Notes: generated by a model from the letters alone, not told the origin. A stretch of DNA of 64,000 bases from Octopus sinensis (GCF_006345805.1 NC_043000.1:19716001-19780000); one strand, 5' to 3'. Positions 25,151 to 37,990 are shown, counted from the first letter of the stretch. Numbers and translations: made by a program.

Positions 25151-25399
25151 CTGTATTTGTGTCTTAGGTTCAATTCAAATGTCTATATGAAGACTGTGGT
25201 CATGTCCTGGCTGGAGATGGCTGCTACTGGAAGCCCATATGTGTGGCGTCTGGATTTGGTTCCTTGTCATACTTCCAGAATTACGATGATTAACTTACCA
25301 AGTGTGTTAATAGAAGAGAGTTAGAGAGATTAACAGCAAAAACACGAGCTACAAAAGCTTTTCTGAAAATTATGGGTAGCGTTTGCTTGCAATCAAATG

Positions 25400-26130
25400 T
25401 GTCTTGACTACGGAGAAGATATAAAGTTCACAGAAGATATAAATTGTGAGTGGATACTTACAGTGGTGGGCGATGAGGGCTTAAAACAATTATCATTGCA
25501 AACAAACGTATTTCTTTTTTCCGAAGCAAAGTATCTCTTTTGTAGGTCGTTGACCTCATGTATTATTGAACGTATGAAATGTTGAGTATGAAAGTTTTCA
25601 CATTCTAATGTAAATTGGCGTCAGAGGCTATAGCGAGCTGGAAGAATTACTGTTGTGACATATGCACAAAGCATTATTTATATTCAAATTCAAATTGAAA
25701 TCAGTGGATATAGTCTCACTGTTGAAATTGATAAGAACGCATTTGCCATGCGCAGGTCATTTAGTTAAAACTCTGTGCGCTTTTAGAGGTCTTGAAGGCG
25801 GTTCTAGGAAGTGTTTTTTTTGGTTGTAGTAGATTATAGAACTAGAATGTGCTGCAAGATTGTTTTTCTTTCTTTACTTTACCAGAAACAACAGTTGGAA
25901 ACAATCTCTGATGTCATACAACACCATTAATCATAATGGTTTTCAGCATCTGATGGTGAGTCATACCCTGCATTTCGTTGATCCACTTACTCATGCAACT
26001 ACAAACCTTGTTGACCCGCTGTGCAGTTGGGCAAAAATACAAACTAAACAAGACACTGGTGCACACAACTAGATTCTAATCTAACAGAGTTTATGTGGCA
26101 TTGGTCCTTTCCAAATGATGGATATGAACA
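25400..26130 (+). mobile_element. Merlin (IS1016/IS1595-related) DDE transposase remnant
   Basis: SWKNYCCDIC, ISGYSLTVEIDKNAF (cf. IGG-G-TVEIDES) and VSHTLHFVDPLTHATTN (cf. VNHS-NFVDP-TGAHTN). Confidence 0.7.
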
Positions 26131-26925
26131 AGTACTCAAAGGTATTAGAACTGCTTATTATTTGTAAAATATATGTATGACGATCAGATTTTTGGTTCCA
26201 GTATATTAGTCACTTCCTTTTTGAAATAGAAGACTGTACTGAAAAAGTATTTTTTCCTTAACTTTCTGCATTTACTGGAGGCGGGTTATATGAAACAACA
26301 ATACCAGTTGTATTTTAAATTCAAAAATAACTGCAGTACTTACCGCACAATGACAGCCATGAGAATACAAACTGGATGAGTCATTGAGTCATTAGAATCA
26401 TAAAACACGAGTAGATTCATATTTCTGTATCCGGAAAACATTCTTACTCGAGCGACTTCAGTCTCGTGCTGAATGAACAATTGTTTCATTTTATAATTTG
26501 TACTAATTGAGACTTGGCTTTGTTCAACACGTACACATACCCACGCACACACACACGTGTATCTGTGCGTGCGTATGTTCGTGCATATATTATGTACACA
26601 CGCACACTCGTCGCACATACACATACACACACACATCCTGCCAAGTGTCTTTTACTCTTAGAGAGATTCAAGTTTTGTGAGCGAACGCTAGCAAACTCAA
26701 ACTGTTTAAAAATATGTCGAATGAACTGTACCAGTAATTCCAAGATTCAGCCTTGACACGCACACTGTCTATCACTCTGATTCTATCTCAACATAACTCA
26801 GTCACTTACAGGGAAATTTATTTAGTAAGGCAGTTTAGTCGATTGAGCAGAATTGACTAGTCATAGCTGAAATCGATGGAGATACACGTATTTACTTTCT
26901 ATTATTATGTTTATAATTTATATAA

Positions 26926-27319
26926 CAGGAGTGGCTGTGTGGTAAGTAGCTTGCTAACCAACCACATGGTTCCGGGTTCATGGGCAAGTGTCTTCTGCTA
27001 TAGCCCCGGGCCGACCAATGCCTTGTGAGTGGATTTGGTAGACGGAAACTGAAAGAAGCCCGTCGTATATATGTATATATATATATATATGTATGTGTGT
27101 GTTTGTATGTCTGTGTTTGTCCCCCTAGCATTGCTTGACAACCGATGCTGGTGTGTTTACGTCCCCGTCACCTAGCGGTTCGGCAAAAAGCGACCGATAG
27201 AATAAGTACTGGGCTTACAAAAAGAATAAGTCCCGGGGTCGAGTTGCTCGACTAAAGGCGGTGCTCCAGCATGGCCGCAGTCAAATGACTGAAACAAGTA
27301 AAAGAGTAAAGAGTAAAGA
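26926..27319 (+). mobile_element. SINE family B, young near-intact copy
   Basis: Head, core, microsatellite and (AAAGAGT)n tail; short deletion after GGGTTCA. Confidence 0.9.
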
Positions 27320-27449
27320 ATATATACTATATATATAAGGCAACAAGTTGGTTGAAGCGTCAGGGTTGTCGACAACCTACCACACACACAGTTTAATCAA
27401 ACTCTTCACGATGAGATTTCAAATTCCACTGAGGCTGCCTTTACTTTTA

Positions 27450-27754
27450 GTGGAGGCACATGGCCTAGTGGCTAGAGCAGCGGACTCGCGGTCGAGGGAT
27501 CGAGGGTTCGAATCTCAGACCGGGCGATGTGTGTGTTTATGAGCGAAACACCTAAGCTCCACGCGGCTCTGGCAGAAGGTAACGGCGAACTTCTGCTGAC
27601 TCTTTCGCCACAACTTTCTCTCACTCTTTCCTCCTGCATCTTGCAGCTCACCTGCAACGGACCGGCGTCCCGTCCAGGTGGGGAACCTATACGCCAAAGA
27701 AACCGGGAAACTGGCCCTTATGAGCTAGGCATGGCACGAGGGGGAACAAACAAC
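27450..27754 (+). mobile_element. SINE family E head/core with tail T3
   Basis: GTGGAGGCACATGGCCTAGTGG, GGTTCGAATCTC, core GAGCGAAACACCTAAGCTCCAC; tail matches 4308-4385. Confidence 0.8.
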
Positions 27755-28006
27755 ATACTATATATAGTAATACATACTAAATGTTATATATTATATGCGG
27801 GAGAGTATTTGTGGGAGGAGTTTGTTAGGCGGCTAACTGGCATAATCGTTAGCAAGCTCTTTGTGGTTTTCGTCACTTTACAACTTTGTTCCAATTGCTT
27901 TCAAATTTGATGTATGGAATAAATTTTGTATGCCAATTATGAAAATGAAATTCATTTTTCCTATAAATTCATCATTAAAAGTTTAACGCTCGAGAAGTGA
28001 GAAAGT

Positions 28007-28042
28007 CTTTTACGTTTCAAGCCTAGGCTCTTCGACGGAAAG
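28007..28042 (-). ncRNA. Variant minimal hammerhead-like motif in the 3' terminal repeat of PLE 2
   Basis: CUUU-CCGUCGA-A-GAGCCUAGGCUU-GAAA-CGU-A-AAAG; stem I intact, core deviates from CUGANGA. Confidence 0.5.
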
Positions 28043-29991
28043 GAACACGGAAATAAACAGGGAGAGAAAATAGAAAAGTTTTTGTGGCTAGCGATCTATC
28101 ATAGCGAATGCCGGACAGAGAGGTCACACAGGCGAGCTAGGAAGAAGGGGAGATAATAAAGTAGTGGTGATCCCAAAAGAAGGTGCACGTGCGTGTGCAT
28201 GTGAGAACGTGTATGTGCGTGTGGAAGGGGACTGGTGACCTTGAAGTGTACGTGTGTGCATGTGTAGGAGCATGGATGATGGTGTAGATGCTTGGAAGTG
28301 GTCAGTGCTAGTGTGTGCGCTGGTAAGGGTGCTGAGAAGTAGTCAGTGCTAGTGTGTGCGGGGTGGTGTGATGTGGCGGTGTGTGGTATGGTGGTGTGTG
28401 GTTTGGTGATGTGGTGTGGTGGTGTGTGGTATGGTGGTGTGTGGTTTGGTGGTGTGGTGTGGTGGTGTTGGGGCGTGGGGGAGGCGAGAGTATAGGGATG
28501 TATAGGGATAGTGGAGTTAGAATGTGTAGGGGTGGAGTAACGAGGGAGGGGTGACGATGAAGGGAGAGGGTGGAAGGGAGAAGGTGGGTAGGAATGAAAA
28601 GAGGAAGTGTCAGAGCAAGAGAGGAGAGGTGGGTGAAATTAAGTAGGTGTGAGAGGAAGAGGGGGGAGAGGGGGAGAGGGGAGAGGTGGAAGGTTATATG
28701 AAGAAAAGAGGAGAGTTGAGCCATGTGGGACAAAAGAGCGAAGGGAGAAGATTAATCCCTGCTCACGGCGAAAACTGGAATCCGGATGGCTCCTGTGCAA
28801 GGACAACCCGAACACAGAGAGGTGTTGTAAAGAGTGACCGGTAGAGCGGAAATGGCGCGCGACCGGGGTGTCGTTGCCGAGTTTGATATCTCGGTGATAT
28901 TCCGCGAACCGGTCAGCCAAGCGGCGTCTCGCTTGACCGATGTATAGAGACGGACAGAGAGAGCAGGAAATGCAGTAGATGACGTTGCTTGAAGTGCAGG
29001 TGAAGGAGTCAGTGATATGATAGGGTCGATGATGGGTGTGAGGAGAGTGGTGTTGGAGAGGTAAGGACAAGTGCGGTAGCGTGGGCAGGAGTGGGGGAAC
29101 GAGCCAAATTGGGAGGTTGGGTTAGGGAAGCGGCTGTGGACCAAGAGGTCTCGTAGGTTGTGGGCTCGTTTAAAGAGTGGGGAAGACGGTTAGCGAACGT
29201 GTGCGAAGTGGAGGGGTCGAACTGGAGTAGCCGGAAGGCTCGGAGAATGGTGGTTGGAGAAATAGGGTGGTGGGGTGGTAGTTGAGAGAAAACGGGAGAC
29301 ATGTGACGGCGGGGCGGGTGCTGGGGGAGAGAGCAGATGCACGGTCCACGGAACATCCACACCGTTGATATCCTCTCACCACTATCCACACCACTCTTGC
29401 GGTGTGGATAGTGGTGAGGGGATATCTACGTAGGATGAAGTGGCGAGCCATGAATTAAGTGTGAGTCTCGAAGTCATAGTTGTCACTGCAGAGCCTGCGA
29501 AGACGGAAGAATTAGGAATAGGGGATGGAGAGTATGATGTGATTAGGGTAGAAGGAGAAGTTTAGGTATGAGTGTGAGTCTGTGTGTTTGTTGTGGATGG
29601 AGGTGGTGAGAGTGGAGTGAGGAATGCTGACCTAAATGTCGAGAAAGGTGACTGAGGTGTCGGAAATAGTGCAGAAGTAGAGGGCAGAATGGTAAGAAGG
29701 AAGGAGTCTAGAAGTTCCTGTGAGATTGAAGTCGCACCGATACAGTCGTCAATATAACGACCGTATTGTTCAGGGGTGGGACCAGTGAAACTTGAGAATA
29801 TTTGGGCCTCAACGTAACCAACGAACAGGTTCGCATAGTTGGAGGCCCATTCTCATTCCCATATATTTGTGTGTGTGTGTGTGTGTGTGTATACACACAC
29901 ACATATATATGTATATATACATATATGTATATATGCATATATATATATATACACACACACATATATATGTATATATACATATATGTATATA

Positions 29992-30036
<45 letters not shown>

Positions 30037-30125
30037 GAAATTTACAGAAAAATTTTTAAAAACTAAGACGGGTGTATAAACAACAAACAGGTGTATTAGT
30101 TTAACGCTCGGGAAGGTGAGAAGGT

Positions 30126-30161
30126 CTTTTGCATTTCGAGCCTACGCTCTTCAACAGAAAG
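30126..30161 (-). ncRNA. Variant minimal hammerhead-like motif in the 5' terminal repeat of PLE 2
   Basis: CUUU-CUGUUGA-A-GAGCGUAGGCUC-GAAA-UGC-A-AAAG; stem III decayed. Confidence 0.45.
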
Positions 30162-30216
30162 GAACACAATAGTTGAAAAAAGGTTAGAGATCTGTACAAA
30201 TCAGAATTTTATATAC

Positions 30217-30505
30217 AAAAGATGGTGGTGGTACTAACACAGAAGTAAGTCTAAGACACTTCAATTTAAGAGGGAATTTAATAAAATTGATTTTTAAAAT
30301 CATATAAAGAAAATATTACCGGTTTAGATGAATCTCATCTTATCAAAAATCAGTAAAAATTTATAAAAATATGAAGCAAAAAGATGAGATTCATCGAAGC
30401 CAATAATATTTTCTTTATATAATTTTAAAAATCATTTTTATTAAATTCCCTCTTAAATTGAAATGTCTTAGACATACTTCTATGTTATTTCCACCTCCAT
30501 CTTTT
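30217..30505. repeat. Long inverted repeat (about 125-bp arms, 39-bp spacer)
   Basis: 30217-30341 is the near reverse complement of 30381-30505, e.g. TTCAATTTAAGAGGGAATTTAATAAAA versus TTTTATTAAATTCCCTCTTAAATTGAA. Confidence 0.9.
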
Positions 30506-30890
30506 ATGTGTGTGTGTGTATGTATGTATGTATGTATGTATCTACGTATGTATTGGAAGATAAGGAAGCATGAATTACCAAATCAACTTCATTAGTTTAC
30601 AGATGTTTCTTTTATAAGAAGCAGTGCCATCAGAGTTGAGTGCTTGTGCATCATCATATAGATTGCCAGGAGCCTTAAAAATTAAGTCGATATTTATTTT
30701 GGAATGCATTTAAATCTGAAACATATGTATATGGAGTTCTAATAAGTCATTAGTATTACTACGCCTTAACAAAACCATATGTGTGCGTATGTATACACAT
30801 ACTTATGTGTGTATACATAGCACACACACACATATATATATATATATTTATACATATGAGTGTATAAATATAAGTATATGCATTTATATA

Positions 30891-31272
30891 CTCTTTTACT
30901 TGTTTCAGTTATTTGACTGCGGCCATGCTGGAGCACCGCCTTTAGTCGAAGAAATCGACCTCAGGACTTATTCTTTGTAAGCCTAGTACTTATTCTATCG
31001 GTCTCTTTGCTGAACCGCTAAGTTACGTGGACGTAAACACACCAGCATCGGTTGGGGGACAAACACAGACACACAAACATATACACACATACATATATAC
31101 ATATATATACGACAGACTTCTTTCTGTTTCCATCTACCAAATCCACTCACAAGGCTTTGGTCAGCCCGAAGCTATAGTAGAAAACACTTGCCCAAGGTGT
31201 CACGCAGTGGGACTGAACCCGGAACCATGTGGATGGTAAGCAAGCTACTTACCACACAGCCACTCCTGCGTC
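30891..31272 (-). mobile_element. SINE family B, near-intact
   Basis: Full head to tail homology with 1503-1899. Confidence 0.9.
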
Positions 31273-32400
31273 TATGTATACATACATACATACATACATA
31301 CATACATACATACATACATACATACATACATACATACACGCACACATGCACACATACACACAAACATAAAAAATCGAATATGGACTCAGTGAAGTTGCAT
31401 AAAAATACACATAGCGAATATACAATATAGAAATATTTGATTCTCAGACCTTAAGTTTTCTGTTGAATTAGTGAGACGGCATAATATTTAATGACCGAAT
31501 TCAAATATTCAGAACGCCTGTCTGCTTAGTAAAGTCATACATTTTATCCATTCTTTACTGAGTATTTTTCATAAAACGCAAAGACAGGAAGAAGAATAGA
31601 GGCTTGAGATATGTATCTGCTGTTTTGTCTTCATGTCAAATTTGTTCTTTTAGACAAAATTCAAAAATGTATTTCAACAGAATTTAATAGAATTACTAGC
31701 ACGTGTTTTGTTACTGTTGTTATTTTTCTTTTTTCTTCCACCTACTGATTCCACAATTACTAAATCAATATGTAAAAATGTCCCTGATTCAGAAGCTTAA
31801 ATGTTCATATTAAAATTAATGTGTTTTTAATTAATATTGTATGAAACAGTACGTCATAACCTTCAGATCTTAATGCGAAATTTATTTTTATATACAATAT
31901 AATTGTCATTAAAAGAGAATAAAAATAATAAAATACTCAGATTATTTATCATACACTGACGCAATATTTTCGCAAATGTGACAATTACGGTCGATTCTTT
32001 TGTCTTAGATGCACTTCTAACTCTCTGTTCTTCGGCATGCCTCGCTTTGTGCTTCTGTTACAAATCATTATTTTTCACACAAAAGCGGCTCGACTAAGTA
32101 AGAATTCGGCTTCAGATTATTTTTTTTAATAACAAAGCAAACCAGTGACTGAAATATGTGTAATGTAACTTATTTGAATAGATGTATTGTTGTCGGATAA
32201 ATTCGTTCGTTTCGTTTTACGTTTTCTGTTGGGGTTTTTTTCCGACTTGATATTCCATCGTCATGTTTGGAAAAAAAAACGATAAAATTTATTCAAATTT
32301 CAAAAGCGATAAACAAAACTTGCAGAGGAAGAATAAAGCTACTAAAAGACATAAAACACTACGATAAAAATAATTCTTCGCGTCAATTCAAATAAAAACT

Positions 32401-32696
32401 GGTACTCCGTCGGTTGCGATGACGAGGGTTTCGGTTGATCCGATCAACAGAGCAGCATGCCCGCGAAATTAACGTGCAAGTGGCTGAGCACTCCACAGAC
32501 ACGCATATCCTTAACATAGTTCACAGGGAGATTCAGCGTGACACAGAATGTGACAAAGCTGGCCCTTCGAATTGCAGATACTATTCATTTTGACTAGCTG
32601 GGTGGACTGGAGCAACGGGAAATAAAGTGTCTTGCTCAAGGACACAATCTTACGATCGTAAGGTGAATACCCCTAACCACTAAATCATGCGCCTCC
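32401..32696 (-). mobile_element. CORE SINE family A with tail T2
   Basis: Homologous to 24040-24373 with a deletion in the head. Confidence 0.8.
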
Positions 32697-33614
32697 GCGG
32701 CAAGTCAAATAATATTGGAAAGGATTAACATGGCGATGTTGACGAACGAATTTATCTGATAACCCAATATAATTAACTAATAGAATCGTTAGAATGTGGA
32801 AGAAATGATTTGCGGGATTTCTTCCAGTTCATTATACGTTCTGAGATCAAATCCTACAGTCAAGAGCTTTGCTCCTAGCTGCCCTTAAACTGATTTAAGC
32901 ATGACTCCAACATTTACCTCTATCTTTCTCAATGCATGATTGATTAAAATTTGAATAAATTTATAATGTATGCATAAGTTTTTATGATGAAAATAAATGC
33001 TACTTCTACCAAAACAAAATTCTCAGCATACAATTCATCCTGGCAATAAAGAGAACGTTTTCCTTTTTTCGACATTATCAATACCTCAAAATATATTTGA
33101 TTCGTCCGTTAAGAACAGTGTATCTGAGAAACAGAGCAAGACAAGCTGTAAGTTCAAATACAGTACACTACAACCATGCGACCAGATTTAGTACCATGTA
33201 CTATGACTTTGATAATTGCTTTTGGGTGCTGGTGTAATCGCGAGTGGACTTAGATGCTCTCATGATTTTGTCAACCTTTATTCAGCGGAAAATCCAGAAC
33301 GTGGCAGCAGGAGGCAGAGTGGCACCAGTACTTGGCTGGTTCTCATTTAATCTGAATAGACTAGAACAACGATAAATTAAGTGCCTTGCTCAAGGACACA
33401 ATACGCCCCTCGGTCTAGGAGTCTCGCATATCCAACTGACTGGTTGTTTCTCTCCAAAACGTTCAGGCACAAGACAATCTTGAATCGTTCTCTTTTTCAC
33501 TAGTTTAAGGTGTGTGTGTGTGTGTGTGCGCGCGCGCCTGCCTGCGTGTGTATGTGTGTTCATATATTTATATACATACCTAAAGACAATAGACATATAC
33601 TGAGAGATAGATAA

Positions 33615-33652
<38 letters not shown>

Positions 33653-33654
33653 TT

Positions 33655-35394
33655 ATATATGCATGTATATATACATGTAGATGTAGGTACGTACATATAT
33701 GTTTGTATGTATGCATATATTTTTATTTATCTCCTTATTGTCTGACAGGTTCGTTCCGATTCGTCGTTTCGATCCACTTCTTGGTCCCCTTTTTTTTTAT
33801 ATTAATATTATTATATTGAAGATGCGGTACTCTCTCCCTTTGCTTTAACCTCTTCAATCTTTCTCCCTCCCCCTCCTCCTCTCTCTTCGCCGCGTGTCCC
33901 CCTCCTCCTTCCCTCTTCCTTGCCTATAAAACAAAATTCCTTTACACGTGGTTACCACTATTGAAAAGACTGCCTCCACGCGCTGCTACTACACTTTCGT
34001 CCTTGCCAGCAAAAAGGCTTCTTCGTTCGTCCCCTTGTGTGGTTAATTTCCTGTATAGTATTCTTGTTATTTTCTCGTTTGTAACTAATTGTACTTTTTG
34101 TACATGTATTTTTATTTTTGCAGTTTTATTGTTTGTCTATGCCAGAAAAAAGGCTTTTTCGTTCGTCCTCTTGTGTTTGTTTTTGTACTTGTATTTTAAT
34201 TTTGCAGTCTTATTGTTACGTCTTGTTTGTGTTCGTACTCATTGTGCCCCGCTGCTTGAAATTTTATTTTAATTCTCTCGCAGGAAGGCCTGTTGGATAG
34301 TGTTCTGTTATGCCTTCGAAACATGCCTGACTCTCTAGCGACAGCTGATGACGGGGGTTTTGTCCTTGTGTAACTGTCCTGTATTTGTTTTCGTTTTCCG
34401 TTTTCTTGTTTTTTGTTTTTTGGCTTTTTCTGTTTCTACGTCTTATTGTGATGTCCTGTACTTCCGTATAATTATTTATATATGCATGTATATATACATG
34501 TAGATGTAGGTACGTACTATATGTTTGTATGTATGCATATATTTTTATTTATCTCCTTATTGTCTGACAGCGCCCCGCATCAGGTTCGTTCCGATTCGTC
34601 GTTTCGATCCACTTCTTGGTCCCCTTTTTTTTATATTAATATTATTATATTGAAGATGCGGTACTCTCTCCCTTTGCTTTAACCTCTTCAATCTTTCTCC
34701 TCCCCCTCCTCCTCTCCTCTTCGCCGCGTGTCCCCCTCCTCCTTCCCTCTTCCTTGCCTATAAAACAAAATTCCTTTACACGTTGTTACCACTATTGAAA
34801 AGACTGCCTCCACGCGCTGCTACTACACTTGTCGTCCTTGCCAGCAAAAAGGCTTCTTCGTTCGTCCCCTGTGTGGTTAATTTCCTGTATAGTATTCTTG
34901 TTATTTTCTCGTTTTGTAACTAATTGTACTTTTTGTACATGTATTTTTATTTTTGCAGTTTTATTGTTTTGTCATGCCAGAAAAAAGGCTTTTTCGTTCG
35001 TCCTCTTGTGTTTGTTTTTGTACTTGTATTTTAATTTTGCAGTCTTATTGTTACGTCTTGTTTGTGTTCGTACTCATTGTGCCCCGCTGCTTGAAATTTT
35101 ATTTTAATTCTCTCGCAGGAAGGCCTATTGGATTAGTGTTCTGTTATGCCTTCGAAACATGCCTGACTCCTCTAGCGACAGCTGATGACGGGGGTTTTGT
35201 CCTTGTGTAACCTGTCCTGTATTTGGTTTTCGTTTTCCGTTTTCTTGTTTTTTGTTTTTTGGCTTTTTCTGTTTCTACGTCTTATTGTGATGTCCTGTAC
35301 TTCCGTATAATTATTTATATATGCATGTATATATACATGTAGATGTAGGTACGTACATATATGTTTGTATGTATGCATATATTTTTATTTATCT

Positions 35395-35400
<6 letters not shown>
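33655..35400. repeat. Head-to-tail tandem duplication of an 823-839 bp unit, about 2.1 copies
   Basis: GTAGATGTAGGTACGTAC at 33677, 34500 and 35339; copies differ mainly by small indels. Confidence 0.9.
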
Positions 35401-35429
<29 letters not shown>

Positions 35430-35445
35430 CATACATACATATATA

Positions 35446-35483
<38 letters not shown>

Positions 35484-36339
35484 TCAATATGTGACCACGT
35501 GTGTATCGTTGGCGAGTGTTTTTCCTCCGTCTTCCCTTCCATGAATCTTTTCTTTTCCTATATGACCTTATGATCGTACACCGAAAACCCAAACCACAAG
35601 GCCACATGTTTTCACAGGAAAGTCAGAAGTATATCATACGTAAATGTACGAAGAAAAATGACTGAAATAAGGTTGTATCTGTTAAAGTATAATGAAATTG
35701 TCTCGTGTTCATGTTAATTTGTAACACGTGGTCTATTATGCTGGTTGTTATTTTCCTTCTCCTTTAAGGCAGTATGAAGCAAGCTAAAATATAGGAAACT
35801 TCCTTCAACTGGACTATTTACCAAATACAGCAATGCCATCAAGAACCATTTAGCTTGTTGTACAGTGCGCCTATTCTAAAAAAGAAACCACAGCTGTCAG
35901 TGCTCTCAAACCGTATTCAGAATCACATAATCGAGGTTTTGTCTACTTGTGTCAGAAAATCAATACTGAAAGACATCAAAACAGCAACGTTATATTCACT
36001 TTTTTAATGGATGAAACTACAGATGTTTCTCACACTAAACCGTCTTCTGTATGCCTATGCTTTATGTTTCATAATGAAATCACAAAGCATTTCATTGAAA
36101 TGTGTGATGTATGGTCTACAAGAGGTGACGAACTTGAAGGATAGGCCCTGGCTGTTTGGAAATAAATGCCTCATTAATAAAAAGCAAAAGGTGTCAGAGA
36201 TGTGATGCTAACAAAAGAGAATCTCCATAAAAATGATTGATATGCTCACTGTCATAAACACTGCTCGAACCTTGTGCTTGGAGAGAGGGCAAATTGAATT
36301 CACCATTTCGTCTCATTCATTAAAATAGTAGTATCAAAT

Positions 36340-36700
36340 AAGTGGTACGCCTCGTTTGTAACCTCGCTACAAGATCACCCTGATTCTGCACGCACCAAAC
36401 ATCTGAATACGCGAGGCAAGATCAAAGAAGAGGTTTGTGGACCCATTCCACCTTCCTCTAGTGTTGTTGCTCAACGCAAGGTTGGCTTTGTTGGTCATCG
36501 ATTTCGGGTTGAACACTAGTCCATATCAGATGCTTTACTTTGGAAACTTTCGCAACCAAAAATGGATATGGGCCATTCAACTACATTGATTTTATCGGTA
36601 GAGATACACAACGTAAAAGCTAATGAAAACGTAGATTCCTTGCACGGTGATGAAACCGAGTGGGTTGCTAGAAAGAAACAACAGAATGTAAGACTAACAA
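36340..36700 (+). mobile_element. RTE/RTE-X-type LINE RT 3' fragment
   Basis: GPIPPSSSVVAQRKVGFVGHRFRVEH*SISDALLW resembles IYG-IP--S--VA-RR--FAGHC-R. Confidence 0.55.
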
Positions 36701-37060
36701 GATGTAGATACAGAGGTATCAGAGAAAAAAAATCATGGTCAGTACCGATCGAGAAAATCACTAGCGAGGTTCAAGGAACGCTCTATGCCTGTAACAACAG
36801 ATCAACCGTCGCAGAGTCTGAAGGAGTCCTACGGTGTGAAAGTATAATACGATTCTAGATACACTTGTGCTAGAAATTAGGGATAGATTTAAATGAAAGA
36901 ATGAAGATTAGGCCAGTAATTCCTGAAGCTTCCCTGTGGCCAAATTGAGCCAATAAGGAGAAAGTAAATGGCGACTCGGTAACATCTGGTAAAGTTCAAG
37001 ATCTAAATATCTTCTATAAACTCTGTGGATCGTAGAGAAGTTGAAAATCTGTTGATAGGG

Positions 37061-37275
37061 TTAACCCTTTAGCGTTTAAAATGGCCATATCCGGCCTAAA
37101 TATTCTACTTGTTTTGTGCTTAAACTGTCAAAATCTGCACTCTTACACCTATCCTACAATGTAATTCTAAAAACATACAATCACATCGTTACAATATTAT
37201 AGTTACAAGATAATGCATGATTAATCCAAAACAATGCAAACCAAACAGTATTAAATCTGAAGGCCAAATGGTTAA
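37061..37275. mobile_element. piggyBac-like MITE
   Basis: TTAA-CCCTTTAGCG left end and degenerate GGCCAAATGG-TTAA right end. Confidence 0.55.
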
Positions 37276-37990
37276 GGATATTTCATTCATTTTGGTTACT
37301 GCCAAAAACTAATCTGAAATTCACTTTCAGATGTATCTAGAAAAACTATGTTAATTTTTGTCTTCCTAATTAATAATAAGCAGCTTAAATTTTATGCAAC
37401 ACCTCCAGTAACAACAGAAACTATGGAACACTCTCTTCAGAGCTCGAGTTAGATAAATATATACTGCAGAGCCTGTGTGGAGAAGAGAACCTCTCTGCTT
37501 TCATACTGCTATGCATTGAGAAAGACAGAGAAAGACATTCATTTTTGATAATGGAGAAGTGATAAACATTTTCAAGCAATGGCCAACAGGAGAATATTAC
37601 CATGATTTATTAAATTATATTAGCTTCCTCTTTTTTCAGTATGCTTTACATTATAGATTGTTCAAAATTCAATTCTTGCTTTTGTATTTTCCTGATAACG
37701 GTGGATATTTTTTGTTCTGTTGTTACTTAAAAGTTATGGCCATCATATTAAATAGCTCATTGTATGTTTTTTTATAAATGTTTTATTTATAGTTTCATAT
37801 TGTTCCATATTCAAATGTATATTCAGCAGAATACTGAAATTTATATGAAAAGAAAGATAAAATTCAATATAAGCAAAACTGAATAATAATTGCAAATAAA
37901 CTCTAATATTTCAACAATTTCATATCTTCTGAAAATCTTGCCATGAAAAAAAAAAACATTTACAAATTTGCATTTATTTTCTTTTATAAG

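Larger units (their letters stand above)
27977..30170 (-). mobile_element. 5'-truncated Penelope-like element 2 with same-orientation terminal repeats at both ends
   Basis: RT motifs [15 protein letters not shown] and RYIDDCIG near 29735-29850; GIY-YIG VIYCISCSLCPSLYIGQARRRLADRFAE in 28639-29070; repeat TTTAACGCTCG..GAGAA.GTCTTTT at about 27980 and 30100. Confidence 0.85.
35930..37600 (+). mobile_element. hAT transposase remnant interrupted by a LINE fragment and a MITE
   Basis: FLMDETTDVS, YAHCHKHCSNL (CxxH) at 35990-36290; C-terminal dimerisation-like LDKYILQSLCGEENLSAFILLCIEKD at 37420-37530. Confidence 0.7.

Noticed and set aside
33655-35400. LTR retrotransposon or solo LTR call for the 830-bp unit
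   Set aside because: No TG...CA termini, PBS, PPT, TSD or internal gag/pol sequence
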